From NCBI GenBank assembly GCA_013265495.1, contig MU058009.1, positions 1,924,001 to 1,988,000 on the forward strand: a stretch of 64,000 nt of DNA, read 5' to 3'. A program made the translations under genes and the position numbers. Below the pieces are notes generated by a model. It searched no databases, was not told the DNA's origin, and saw nothing but the letters and a program-made list of their open reading frames with translations. This stretch comes from Vicugna vicugna. Taxonomy: Eukaryota. Below, one piece after another: positions 1 through 12,416 of the stretch. Within the stretch, counting starts at the first letter, position 1. Every line of letters begins with the position of its first letter.

Positions 1-109
1 GCGCTGCCCTCCGGGGGCTGGCCTGGCGTCCATCTAGGTCTCGGTGTTGTCAGGGGCTGTCCTGCTGCTCACAGCCAGGTCTCGTGGTCTCCTGTCGAAC
101 ACACTTCAC

Positions 110-523
110 AGCACATCAGCATCAGGCAAGCTCACTTCAAAATCATGTCTGAACGCAGACAAAAACATAAACATCGTCCAAACCATGAAAGAGACCACAC
201 ATTCCCCCATCGGCTGCTGTGAGTGATTCCTGCTTCTTCGCCAATAGCAGCTTTGAGTCTCCTCCTTCTAGAGAATAAGTTTATTAACACGCTCAGTCTT
301 AGGAGTGCCCCTACTTGCTGACGTCTAACCCAGAGCAGACTACGGCTTCCTTAAAGCTTCTCCAAACCGCCTAGAACAAGCCCAAATCCTATTCAAGGAC
401 TTTCTAACACTCTCTCAGGCGAGGCTCCCCCAATTCCTCAAGGTGGGTGTTCTCACTAGCTACAAAAAGTCAACTTATCCGACTCCTGGGGAGCTCCTGG
501 TGCTCTTTGGCTGAAGGCATTGA
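110..523 (+). mobile_element. Old ERV1-class solo LTR fragment (MER34-like)
   Basis: The 3' end 'ctcctggtgctctttggctgaaggcattga' resembles the recalled MER34-type LTR terminus. Family and left boundary are approximate. Confidence 0.4.
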
Positions 524-1268
524 TGCCCCAAGAGGGCAGAAGAAGAGGTGGAACTGAGAGGTCACAAAGTCATTTTACAATCATTCGGCGAGAACCAGTT
601 CTGTTCCATTGCTTCCAGAAATCGCACTACGTATGTACACTTCGTATGCTTTTGTATCAGGATGGAAAATGAAGGGCCACATTTAAATACAGAAAATCAT
701 TAAAAGGAGATAAATTTTCAAGTTCAGGTTTTAAGGTCTATCTGGGATCATTGGTCATCCTGAGATAATTCTATATTCCTCCACGGAGACCTGAATCTCT
801 CCCTGGTACCAGAGTTGGGTCCCAGCGGAAATCATCAGAAGATGTGACGTTCCCACCAGGACAGACAGCCTGGGAGCTAGTGAGGCCGGGCCCAAGCCAG
901 GTGTCCGCAGGGTCTCACCCGTCTTTGGTGACTTTGCCGTGCGGTCAGAAACCCGTGCTTTGGAAGCTGACGCTAATTCTGTGTGTATTGGCAGTACTGT
1001 TTCCTTATAGCGCTGCACAATTGTTTCTTCAAGCTTTTTGGAAAAGTTAGCACGTCTCAGCTCTGCAAAGAAGGACCGAAAGGGGGCCCTTCACCTCCGC
1101 CTGGTTCAGGGTCTTGCAGGGAGAGCTGCATGTCCCGGGGGGCCGGGGGCAGTGGTGACTGCAGAGCACTGGAGACGCTCGCAGTCACACAGTTGGGTCT
1201 TCTTGGCTTTTATTCTAGAGATTTCCTGAGGATTCAGGCTTCTGAACTTCAGGGGGTTCTAGGCTTAC

Positions 1269-1392
1269 CAAGGGAGGGCATTGCTTTTTAGGTGCGAGTG
1301 GAGCGAGCCAGAGTTAAGAGGATAAACCAAGGTAAAAGCGGGGATGCCCGGCTCAGAATGAATGAAGAGAAGCCCCGGGCTGAGAAGAGTCT
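1269..1392 (-). other. KCNJ1: Candidate internal non-coding (5' UTR) exon of KCNJ1
   Basis: On the minus strand: branch-like CCTTAAT, pyrimidine tract and acceptor 'ccgccctctgcag|', a 124-nt exon, then donor TTG|GTAAGC. Gene assignment is by synteny only (KCNJ1 lies divergently upstream of KCNJ5 in mammals). Confidence 0.45.
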
Positions 1393-3974
1393 CTGCAGAG
1401 GGCGGAGTGGCAATTAAGGCCTGGGGGGAGGGCCTCAGCCTGCTCCAGGGCGCGCCCGGCCAGCGGCAGCCCGTGTGAACAGCGCCCTCTAGAGCACAAT
1501 GGCAGCGGTGCCCGTGGAGCAGGTGTCCGTCCAGCCACGGGGGGGAAATCTCTTGCAGCGTGGGTCCTCCACTGGCTTGGTCACTGAGAAGTCAGTGTGG
1601 ACAGGAAGCCGCTTGCCTTTGTCTGAAGAGGTGCAGGAGACGATTTTCCGAGAGTCACGTGTGACTGGAATCTGCAGTGGCCCAAGCGCTGCTGGGACTG
1701 GGGTTCCAGGGGTTGGGCTTGGAATTTGCCAAATTGCCTTTGCCAGGCTCGGGACTGGGGTGCAAGCACAGTCAGGGATACAGCTGGCAAGACACAACAA
1801 GAGAGAGAGGACAGGTCCCCGGAGGATCCCGGGTGAACCTCCATTCCATCTGTCGCAGACGCAGATGGGACCTTCCACGGAGGAGAGGATGGGGGGGTGA
1901 GTTCCCAGCCCTCCTGAAAGTCACTGTCCCCACGGTTGAAATCTAGTTTCTGATGAACCTATGACTGAAGATGAAGTTAATGCAAGGATCCAAAGGCATT
2001 TCCAGTTTCATGGCCTTTTATTCTCATTACTTTTCAGAAGAAATCCATTACGACGTAAATATCCTTATTCACATGTAGACACATAGTCTCACACGGAAGC
2101 CAAAACCAGCACGCTCTCAAAAGACAGTATGTGAACTGAAATCACTTGCATAGAGTAAGTCACACAATATATGCTCTAGGGTATTAGGGATGTAAAGGAG
2201 CCTTTACTGAATCATTTTATAATGTGAAGAATCATTTTTGCAAATAAAAACATTATCCTTTCACTTGCTTGTCTTGTCAAAGTGTGTGTGTTGGGGGGTA
2301 GTTTATTTTTCTGAAAACTGGACACATCTGAGATAAAGTGATGCTGAAGTCTTCTCTATCAAGCACTCCACCTGGAGTTGAATAAAAGAATTTAAATGTT
2401 TACTGAACATTGTGTTTATTATGTGTGCCGAGACCCCATTATTAGTCTGAGCCTTCTGGGTCTCTGTGGTTTGTGTTGGTATTACATCAATTCAGTCTTT
2501 CCAGCCCAGAAACGAATGAATTCCATGTGGATGGGAGGCCCTGAGCATCCTTTCCCAAGTGTCTACAGCAAGAAAGTACACTTCATTTTTAAGAAAATGT
2601 ATGGAATCTCAAACCTTGACGATTTATAAAATAGAGGAATCATTTAGCTGATGCCTTGAGTTTAGGCACTGCGTCTAGTATTCATGACCCTGTATCTCCC
2701 CATGAAGGGTGTGGTGTTGGTCCAGCCCCACTCGGAGAGACATGCAAAGAGAAGGCACAGGACACCGGGTTCTGGACTTTGGAGGAGGCTCTGAACGCCT
2801 CCCAGTCCCACGTTCAAGCTTCTGTTGAAGCTTCCCCATCTCGGCCCCAGCAAGGGCCCCCAAGGCAGGATTTAAGAAGTGGGCGTGTGGGGTTCATATC
2901 TTGAGTCGGTCAGTCACCCACCAGCTCTCATTCTGGGTAGGACCCAAACTCTCAGAGTGTGAATGTCCTCCCCTGGAAAGTGAGGACACCCACATCTATC
3001 GCAGACGGGCAGGAAGAGCTCAGACCGCACCTGGACGTGGGAAGCGGTCCGGCTAGTCACCCTTCAGGAATGCCACCTCCAGCTCTAGTTTCTCTTCCAA
3101 GCCACAGCCGGGCACGGAAGGAAAGCTCCACCGCCTCGTCGTCTGTGATGCCTCTCATTCCAGGCTCCTCTGCACCCGTGTCCAGGCTCCAGGGGCGCCA
3201 TGACTCCCAGAAAGGCGATGAGAAGAGAAGGCTCCAGATTAATGGCAGGCCGGGGGGTGCACGGCAGAGCCTGAGACCCTGCTCCGCCCCAGAGAGCTCC
3301 TGAGGGTCAATGATCACGAGCTTTGGCTCGGGTTCTGCCGAGCCACCGGACTTACATTAACGGAGCAGCAAGTCACCCTCCCTCCCACGTCTGAGAGCTT
3401 TCTGGGAACGCCCTGGAGGCAGTGGGAGCAGAGCCAACAGCCCCGGTGACTCCGTTCCGTGCCACAGAGCCGTCCTTGGGCCCACGCCGAATTCCTCTCT
3501 TTGGGACTCTTCTTGTCCCCGGCGAGGCCCACCACAGGGGATCCTGTCTGCGTGGGGACATGGCTGCAGAGACAGCCCAGCTGGCTTGTCACAGGCTGCC
3601 GAGCTGCTCCAGCTGCTGCCTCCAGCTGGCTCTGCCACTGAGGCAGGAGGCTGAGCGGCAGGAGGGCATCCCCCAGGCGTGGAGCCGGGCAGGGCCTGCA
3701 AAGCCCAGGCCTCGCCCAGATCTGCCCTGCAAGGAGGCCAGCAGGGCCCCCCGCAGCCCTGCTGACACACGGCCCCCATTCCTGCCCACTCTGTTTACTC
3801 ACTAGTATGTATAAAGCCCTGGAAAAGGGGAAGTGAAATTCCACTTCCCTGCCTCCCCTTTGCCCTTCTGTCAGCAGCAAACCCAATCACAAGAGGCTTC
3901 TCCGTCTCAAAAATGTTTCCCAACCTCTCTGAGCTGCACTTTCCCTAATAAATAATGCCTGTTTGTTGCTGAGG

Positions 3975-4445
3975 GGATCTGACGGAAAATACACATGTCC
4001 GCACCAAAAGCTGTCCACAAATGTGCATATAGCAGCGTGGTCCATAATAGCCAGTAAGCAGAAAGAACCCAAATCGCAATCCACTGATGAACCAAGAAAT
4101 AAAATGGGCTTTGCCACACAGTGAAGCATGAGTCGACCAAAAAAAAAAAAAAAGGAATGAAATACTGATACACGTTAGAATGTAGAAGAACCTTGAAAAC
4201 ACTGCGCTGATGACAGAAGCCAGATACGGTGCCGTTGCATTTGTACCAGTGTCTAGAATAGACAAATCCTCGGGAAGAGAAAGTTAGCTGGGGAGCTCCC
4301 AGCGCGCGGAGGGGAGGAGACGGGCGTGGGGCGTGCCGGCGGACGGGTCCCGAGCTTCTTTTCTGAAGTGACAGGGAAGTTCTAACACTGACAGAGGTGA
4401 AAGCTGTCCATCTATACCAAAACTCCACTGCTGTCCACTTTAGAT
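3975..4445 (+). mobile_element. Ancient L1 (L1MB/L1MC-like) ORF2 end and 3' UTR fragment
   Basis: Typical motifs 'aatccactgatgaa', 'aaaaggaatgaaatactgatacac', 'aaccttgaaaacact', 'gtctagaatagacaaatcc'. Confidence 0.7.
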
Positions 4446-4470
4446 GGCTGGATTGACTAGTGTGGGAATC

Positions 4471-4587
4471 ATATTATATTATATTATATTATATTATATT
4501 ATATTATATTGTATTATATTGTATTGTATTGTATTGTATTATATTGTATTGTATTATATTATATTGTATTGTATTATATTATATTAT
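4471..4587. repeat. (ATATT/GTATT)n compound pentanucleotide microsatellite
   Basis: Directly visible tandem 5-mers, about 23 units. Confidence 0.97.
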
Positions 4588-7489
4588 CAACAAAGCTGGT
4601 ACAGAAAACAACCCACGTCAAATACCTCTCACCCAGCAGGGACTCACCAGACCCCCTCCCATCGGCATCCTGCCTCTCCATTTCTTAACCCCATTTCCTT
4701 TCCATCTTTTCCTCCTTCCTCCTCCAGCGCCAGCCAGAAGCACCACCCTCTGCCCTTACTGGGCTGTCTGCTGGACGTGGCCCCCTCCTTCCATAGCAAG
4801 AGGCCACTGGGATTCTGGCGACACCACGTCAAAACTACTTCCTTGGTCACAAGAACCTGGAGGTCAAGCCGGTGTCAGCTCTGACCCAGCACCCCGCACA
4901 CCTCGCAGGCTGGAGGTTGGGCTAAAGTCTTACGTTTGGGAGCGGGAGGGGGGCTGCGGTCCCTGAAGCCTGGTGGGCCCATGGACTCCCGGGCTGTCTG
5001 ACGGGACACCCGGAGGTGGGGCAGAAGGGGATTCACATGGCTTGGGCCTGGACCCCCTCCCCGTGGCTCGTGGCCCATGGCCCCTGGCCCCTGGCCTGTG
5101 GCACTCCCTCACCCCCTCTCACACCTCATTCTCCCCTTTCTTTTCCTTCCTCTCATACTTTTTTTTTTCTGTCTTGGATTTTGTTCCCTGCCCGTAGTCC
5201 CGGTCCCGGTGCTGGAGTCAGTAACATTAGTGATGCAGCTGTGATCTAGGCCCACCTCTGGAGACGCGGCAGCCTCACAGAGTAGCCAGAATCCCCTCGG
5301 ACCATTTAAACCCCTCGTTGGCCTGCCTTCCCCGCAGATCATTCCTTCCATCCAGCCCACACACACAAAGCAGGGAGAAAGGGGCGTGAAGCCCAACTGG
5401 GGTGGTGGGGGGTCTTTGCTGCTCCCCTGGTGACAGCTGGGGGGGAGCTGTGTGGAGTCCAGATTCTCTTGAGGGAGTGACAGGAAACCATCCTCTGTAC
5501 ATTCCCAGAGCTTGGCCGGGCCCCTTTCTCAAGGGCAGGACTGGACTTCCGTGTGTGCTTGCCCAACACAGGCCACCATCGAGAGCAAGAATGGCCCCGG
5601 CCACCCCCGCTACTTGCAGGAGCCGACCTGAAACAACCTTGCCTGGACCGCTGCAGATGGTGGCGACGACACACTGTCAGGACCAAACGTGGATCAGCAT
5701 CCTAAATGATGCTCTGTAGGGGAAGAAACCAAAGTACAGCCCTGTCCTATGATGAGCACTAATTCCTACGGAAAAAAACGGAAAACGAGGCCAGTCCCTC
5801 TGGAGACTGCATGCCGGCGCCCCGGTGTCTCCGGCCTTGAACACCTTGTCTGGAGCCGGATTGTAGTTCCGGCTCTGCTGCAGGCTGATGCCTGCCTGCG
5901 CGTCTACAGAGCTAATTCCCCAGTGTAACTGATTAAACCTGGGAACGAAACAAAACAAAACGGAAAGCCACGAAGAAAAGCTTAGGGGCAATAAAGACCG
6001 CGGAGCTCATTGTGAGTTACGCTTGCTTTTTCACTTTTCTTCTTTTTTCTTTTCCCCCTCCGTCCCTCTCTCCCTCCCTTCCTATCTCTCTTGCTGCTCT
6101 GCCCAGACCCACATTATAGAACCAAAGCTGCTGTTTCCAGGCCCACTTTTCCTGCCCAGCCACACTCCCAGTGTCTGTACCCATTTTCAGTGACGGGCTT
6201 TCGCAGCATCACGTTAGTCCAGCCTCAGTCCCCTTGCTCAGGGTCCCCCGCACCGCCCTGGCCCAGATGGAGAGGAGGGGGTAGAAGGCAGGCCCCCGAG
6301 GAATTGCAAAGAGACGGACAGCTGGGCTGAGCACTGACCCAGATGCTGGCTTCCCGGCCCCTGTGAGGTGTGTGGTCCAAGCCGTGGGCAACACTAAGAC
6401 TGAAAGCTTCATTGCAGAAGGCCAGCGGGTGGGTTGGCAAAGCAAAGAAGGGGGTTCAGCAGGTGTCAGGAAGGTAGAGAGCGGCCGGGCGTGAGGTGAG
6501 GGAGACTCGGCTTAAACCCGCTCCCTCCACTTGCCAACAGGACGAATTACTTGGCTTCTCTGAGTGTCTCCAGGAAGGCGGAGACGAGAGCGCCTGTTTC
6601 ACGGGCCGAGGTAGGGACCAGTGTAAGAACAGATGGCAGCTGGTCCAGCACGCGGAAACCTCGCTGAGGTCGCCTCCCCCGGCGCTGGGCGGAGCTGCGG
6701 AGCCTTCAGGAAGAGACGGTCAAAGGCTGCGTTGGCATTTGGGGAATAATTGGAACTCCCAGGTCTGGATTTGAGCAGGCGGCTGGCTCTCCTGCCTGAC
6801 CCACGCCTGGGCTCGGAAGTGCCCAGAGGGAGTGGCAGAGGAAACGCAGGGACGGGCGTGTGGTCCCGCTGGGGAAGAAGCCAGGCCGTGGGACGTAGTC
6901 TTCTGCCTCTGCTACCCCCCTCTTCCCAGCCTCTTCAAGAAAACTCTCCTACCAGAGCCTCTGGGAGGGGGAGGCAGTGGGCTCCGGGCTGCTCTAAGGG
7001 GCCTATAAGGAACAGTTTTGCACACATGAAGCCCAGAGGGAGAAGACTTTGTTTATCTGGCTGCTGGGGAAGAATAACAGAGCCAAGGAGAGCGGGGAGG
7101 CTGCAGATGAAGAAGGAAAAGATGGCGGAAAAAACGATTCGATTAGATTAGCCACGGAGATCCAATTGTGCCAGAGCAATTGAATTTCCTCTGAGGTTGG
7201 CATGACCAGCCTTCCAGAAGCAGAGGCAGCTGGAGCACACGGCTTGTGATTGACGCTTGGCTCCTTCCTTCCTCTAAAGGCTCTTGGCTTTTAGAAGCCC
7301 TGTGACCAGGGCTGGGGGTGAGAGGTGTCTCTCCAGCAGGCATCTTAGGCTGAAACCACTGCTCTAAAAAAAATCTTTCTAGCAGCCGCTTCTTTTCTTT
7401 CTTAGCACCAAATACAGCTTATTACATATGTATTTTGTTTAACGTGAGCCTTTGTCCGCTCTGTCAAGGGCACAAAGTTCAAGGAAACC

Positions 7490-8230
7490 TTGATTGAATC
7501 TTGTCTTCTTTCTCTCATCCCCACAGCCAGCCATCAGCAAGTCTTCCCTGCTCTTCCTGCAAAATGCACTCGGAACCTCTCTGTCCAACTCGCTCCATCT
7601 CCACAGCTGCCACTATGGTCCAAACCACCATCCTTGCTTTAGCTGCAGAAATGGCCTGCTCACTCTCTCTCTGCTCTCTCTCTCTCTCCTCGCACATTCC
7701 CCAGCGTCAGAGGCAGGTATTAACCGGGTAGGTCAGATCCTGCCGCTGCCTTGCCGAAGCCTCTCTTTGCTCCCCTCTCCCTAAAGACCTCCAGGTCCTA
7801 CACAGCTGCTCTCCCCAGACCCACGTCCCATCACTGTGTTTCCACCAAGTCTGCTGCTCAGACCATGAGCCACGCCCCTCCCCCCACCCTGCCCAGGTCT
7901 TTCCCACTGGCTGTTCTCTCCTTCAGGACTGCTCTGGCTCCTCCACGTCACTGGGGACTCAGCTCCGTCGTCACCGCCTCTGAGAGCCTTTCAGCTTCCA
8001 GTCCCAGGGGACACCCACCGCCTCCATCAATTCCGCTGCTCCGTTCTGTTTTCGCTTCTTCCATCTCTGATCACCGTCAGATGTCATCTTGTTGTTTACT
8101 TCTCTGTTTACTCTGTGTTCCCTTCTTGTCCACCTCCCCGCTTCTGGAATGTGCATTCCAGGAAAGCATCCTGTCTTACCTTGCTCGGAATCCTCAGCAC
8201 CCAGAGCCACCATTAGAGAAACGCTACGAA
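7490..8230 (+). mobile_element. Degenerate L2 LINE 3' region
   Basis: Pyrimidine-rich L2-like motifs 'ccatcagcaagtc', 'gccactatggtccaaaccaccatc', 'tcctcagcacccagagc'. Boundaries approximate. Confidence 0.55.
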
Positions 8231-8497
8231 TAGTTCTTGAAAGAGTGAGAGTTCATGTTCCCTCCTGGCTGGAACGTGGTCTGACCTGTTCACCACCTTC
8301 TATCCGACGCCATCCGCTGGGCCTCCATGGTCTCTCTGAAGAGAGACAGAAGCTATTTTCCTCCAAGTTGCAACTGAACACGTTTTTACTTGACTGCCCA
8401 ACTAATGACCAAAAAACATGCAATGATGGTGCGAGAATGACGCGTGGTGAGTTCATAGGTGCCAATGCTAAGAGGTGATGGGAAGACAGAGCTGGGC

Positions 8498-8800
8498 TTT
8501 TTTTTTTTTTTAATTTTTTTATTGAGGTGTGGTTGATTTACAATGTTAGTTTCAGGTGTGCAGCAAAGTGATTCAGTTGACATATACATACACACGTATA
8601 TGTTTTTTCTTTTCAGATTCTTTTCCTTTGTATGTCATTACAAGAAATTGAATGAAGCTCCCTGTGCTCCACAGTAGGCCCCTGTTGCTTATCTATTTTA
8701 TATATAGCGATGTGTGTCTATTAATTGCCAACCCCTAATTTATCCCTCCCTGCCCTTCCCCTTTGCTAACCATGGTTTGTTTTCTACGTCCATGAGTCTG
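8498..8800 (-). mobile_element. L1 3' UTR fragment with poly(A) tail (artiodactyl-type L1)
   Basis: Poly-T followed by 'ttattgaggtgtggttgatttacaatgttagtttcaggtgtgcagcaaagtgattcag', the reverse complement of an L1 3' end. Confidence 0.85.
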
Positions 8801-11800
8801 GTTTTGATTTTACGGCTCCGTGCTGGGAGCTGGGGATACAGCAGGAACCAGACTGGTACTCAGGGAGGTGGAGAGAGCTGGACAGATAACAGAAAGGAAC
8901 CAAGTAAACAGGGTAATTATAGATTGTGATAAGGGCTAGGAAGGCCACAGCCACTGGGGTGACCTTCACCAGGAGCAGTGCACAGAGGGCCCTGGGAGCC
9001 CAAGAGGGTGGGGGCAGCAATGCCAAGACGAGAGAGGACAGGTCCTCCCCCAGGCCGGAGGCCAGCCGAACACGGCCTCCTCCCAGGCCTCGCCTGCTGG
9101 CTCCTGCCTGCGGTTGCAGCACTGCAGGTGGAGCTAAGAAACCAAAGGAGACCTGCCTCCACCCCAGGATGGGCACAAACCAAGCTGCAGTTTCCCCACT
9201 TGTCAAACAACAATAATCATGTACGTACCTCCCAGGGCCGTTGGACGGATTAAACGGCACTGGTTTGAGAGAGTTCCCAGGATGAGTGACAAACTATGTA
9301 AAAGTGAATTGGAATTGCAGCAAGAGGGAGTTCAGTTAGACGAAAGGAAGAACTTTGTGATGGAAAGGATGATCTGATGCTACAGCAGGTTTCCAAAGAT
9401 GATCTTGCCCACACTGATGACTTACAATAGAAGAAATGACTATCCGTCTTACGTAAGTGCCCCACACGATGTAGGCTTCCCAGTGTGGCGTGAGTAAATG
9501 CAGAAATGGATGAATTTTTAAATGGAGACGTGACTTGCAGAAAGAAGCAGCTTAAAGAACTCAGGAAGTTGCTAGTACTATGTCAGGAATTCCAGAAGGC
9601 TTCCTCCGAACAAAACTGAAGGCACCGCCCATTGGGCCACACGCCGCACTGGACCCACCGAGACCAGCGGACCCAGCCCCCCGTGGACCAGCTCGTGTGA
9701 CTGGGCTCCCCCGAGGCGGTCACTTCCCTCCCGGGGACACGGGGCCACGTTGCTGGGTCGGCCTGGAAGACTTTGAAAAGTAAAAGCCCGCTGTGCGCCC
9801 TGCCTGGGGTTACTCTTGCTTGCTCCAGGGCAGGGAGCGGCCGCGGGGCAGAGGGAAACCCTGCATCTTTGGGCAGGTGTCCTGCTTTCTCTCCAGCCCT
9901 GGTCACAGCAGGGCCTGGAAATGGCCCAGCGTCTGGTCTCTAGTCACCAACAAAATGTGCATGCTGTTTACTGTGTCTGCGTTTGGAAATTAGCCTGCCT
10001 GGGGCCTGGCTGTGGGAGTCCCTCACCCACCCAGCTAAGCAGGCAAAGACAGGACCCACTGCGCGGCCAGCTTCTGCCCAGGCTCCACCCGGAGCGGAGC
10101 AGGCGGCTGAGGGGCTTAAAGAGGTCCCTGGGAGCTGCGGGCGGCGGTCAGGGCCCAGGCAGGGGGTGGGGTCTGTTGGGATGGGACCCTAGGAGAATTG
10201 TGCCAGAGCCTTGGGGACCGAGCCCCACGGGAAGGAGGAGGCAGCAGGGCAAAGTGGTGGGGGCTCTGCAGAGTGGGGAAGCCTTGACCACTGGCTGCGT
10301 GAGGTCATGGTACCTCTGGGGTGTCTGGGGCCTCAGGCAGAAAGGAAGCTGCGAGGTTCATTTATGGGGAGGACCCAGGTAGCCTGAAGAAAGGCTTAGC
10401 CAGGGGAGGTGCCGGAGTGGCTGTCCCTGGTCCACACTTAAACTTAGAAGCATCCGTCTGCCCCTTCAAGATCACGGGGTCTCACCCCTGAGCTGCAAGA
10501 ACACAAGACCAGGAGTGAGGGGCTCAAGCTGTGCCCCCTCCCAGGACCCGCGGGTGGGAAAGACTCCAAGGTCGCCCTGCCCGCAGGTAAGTGGCCCCTG
10601 AAACCCTCCCTGAGGGGCAGACTTGGCCCCCGTTTGTACAAGGAATGGAACCATTTCCCTCTGAATTCCATCCTGCCTCTCAACACCTCAACCCTCCAGC
10701 TTCCCCGCTGTCTATCCTGGCCCTCAGGCTAAGGCTGGAATCGTCCGTCCTTTCGCCCTCAGGAGGCGTGGGAAGACCAGCCCTTCCCACGCACTGGAGA
10801 AGGCAGCTTTATCCACATCCCTGGGTGACCTCCTCAAATGACAGCCTACTTCCCGGGTTCCCTTTCCTGTCATTGTGGTCCACGCCTGGGGAGTGGCTTG
10901 CCCACGCCATGCCCTGAGTGACGAATCTCTCCGCTCACATCACTCCCAGCACAAGCCTGGCCTGGACCCCCTCCCCTCCCCACACCCCCCTCACTGCCAC
11001 GAGGACCTTGAAGAAGCATCTTTGTAGAAATTCAAAACTGCCAACAGCACCACAGGCCAAACGAAAGCGTGTATTATAAAGAGGTGAATAAAATCTGAAT
11101 CCTGCACACATTTCTCTCCACTTCTCAGCCAGCCTCTTTCCCCGGTCAGGACAGCGGTGAGCATCCGCACCGGCTGAAGGAAACCTCGCTCTCTCACAAA
11201 GGAGACCTCGGACAAAGGAGCCCAAGAGCCCCAGACACTAAAGGGGTGCTCGGGATGGTCCAGGTAAGACCCCTGAGTTAGGATCTCAGAGCTGCCCTCT
11301 CCTCTCCATCGAAGAAGATGGAGCAGCTGGGAAAGGGGTCGAGCCTTCCCTCCCGGACCCCTCCCACCACGGGGCAGCCCTGGGTGGGATGGGAGAGGCC
11401 AGCCCCATCAGGTAGAACGTGCCCTGCTCATGCTTCCTGCCTGTCCTCCCATGATCCAGAAACGTCTGCAAGGCAGGGAGTGTGGAAAAGCCCGAGGAAG
11501 CGTGGGCATCCCCAGAGGTGGTCTGAGGCCATCCTCTGACTCCTCCTGTGACTTATCTCCAGATCCGGTCAGAGCTCCCTCTACCCCACGCGTAATTCAT
11601 CAGCTGTCCAACCCCCTCACGGCGTCTGAGTACCCGGACCCCTGACACGGCCGACTGCCTTCCAGCACAAGACTGGGGTTACTCTTATCTCTCCGAACAT
11701 CGCATTGACTTGGACACATTTCAGGGAGTCTTTTCCTGTGAGAAGTTAGCAACTGCTATGCAGAGTTTCCAAGCTCTGTCCAGCTCCTCAAGGACAAATG

Positions 11801-12301
11801 GCAGATCTGGACCGAGCCAGAAAGCTCCCGAGAATCTAATCAAGGGCAGCGAAGTGTGAGCCTTGCCCCAGGGCAGTCACCTGAGAGAGCCGTGGCCGTT
11901 CCAGCTGCAAAGACAGCATTAACCCGTTGCTTTCAATGGTATTACGTTGCGTACTTTAAACCTGCTGCCTGGAGGTGGGGTGGCACATTGATCCCCCCTC
12001 TAAAGGCAATTCCTGAACCCCAGCCAAGAAACACTGGTGTTTGCGCAACTGGAAGAGAGACAGGACCGTTGGAAAAGGCTAAATAAATGGAAATTTCTGG
12101 CTTGTATTTCAGAGTATTCAAGGAGAGTCTTCCCTTCACGCGTAAGTGGGGGACCTGCTGCCGTGAAAGTCCACGAGCGGGGTAGCCCACCGCAGGACGG
12201 AGCCCGGGCGGCAGACCCACGCCCGCCGAGGCAGACGGCTGCCCTCGGGGAGCCGCCCGAAGGGAAAAGCAGGGGCTTCTCTGAGGGAGGAGGTTACCCA
12301 C

Positions 12302-12416
12302 CCGAGGTGATTCCGGGGGCTCTGAGCGAGTCTTGTTTCTTTCTTCACAGGATGGCGAGCTGGACCTGATAAGCCCTCGAAACGACTGTGTCAAGTTGGT
12401 CTCAGTGCTCTGGTTT
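12302..12416 (-). other. KCNJ1: Candidate first (non-coding) exon of KCNJ1
   Basis: Minus-strand TATAAAA at 12447-12441, an Inr-like C-A about 30 nt downstream (~12416), and donor CGG|GTGGGT at 12301. Orientation and ~19-kb spacing from the KCNJ5 start fit the known divergent arrangement. Confidence 0.5.

Noticed and set aside
4444..4966. ORFs rich in Ile/Leu/Tyr/Cys that look hydrophobic
   Set aside because: They are translations of the pentamer microsatellite.
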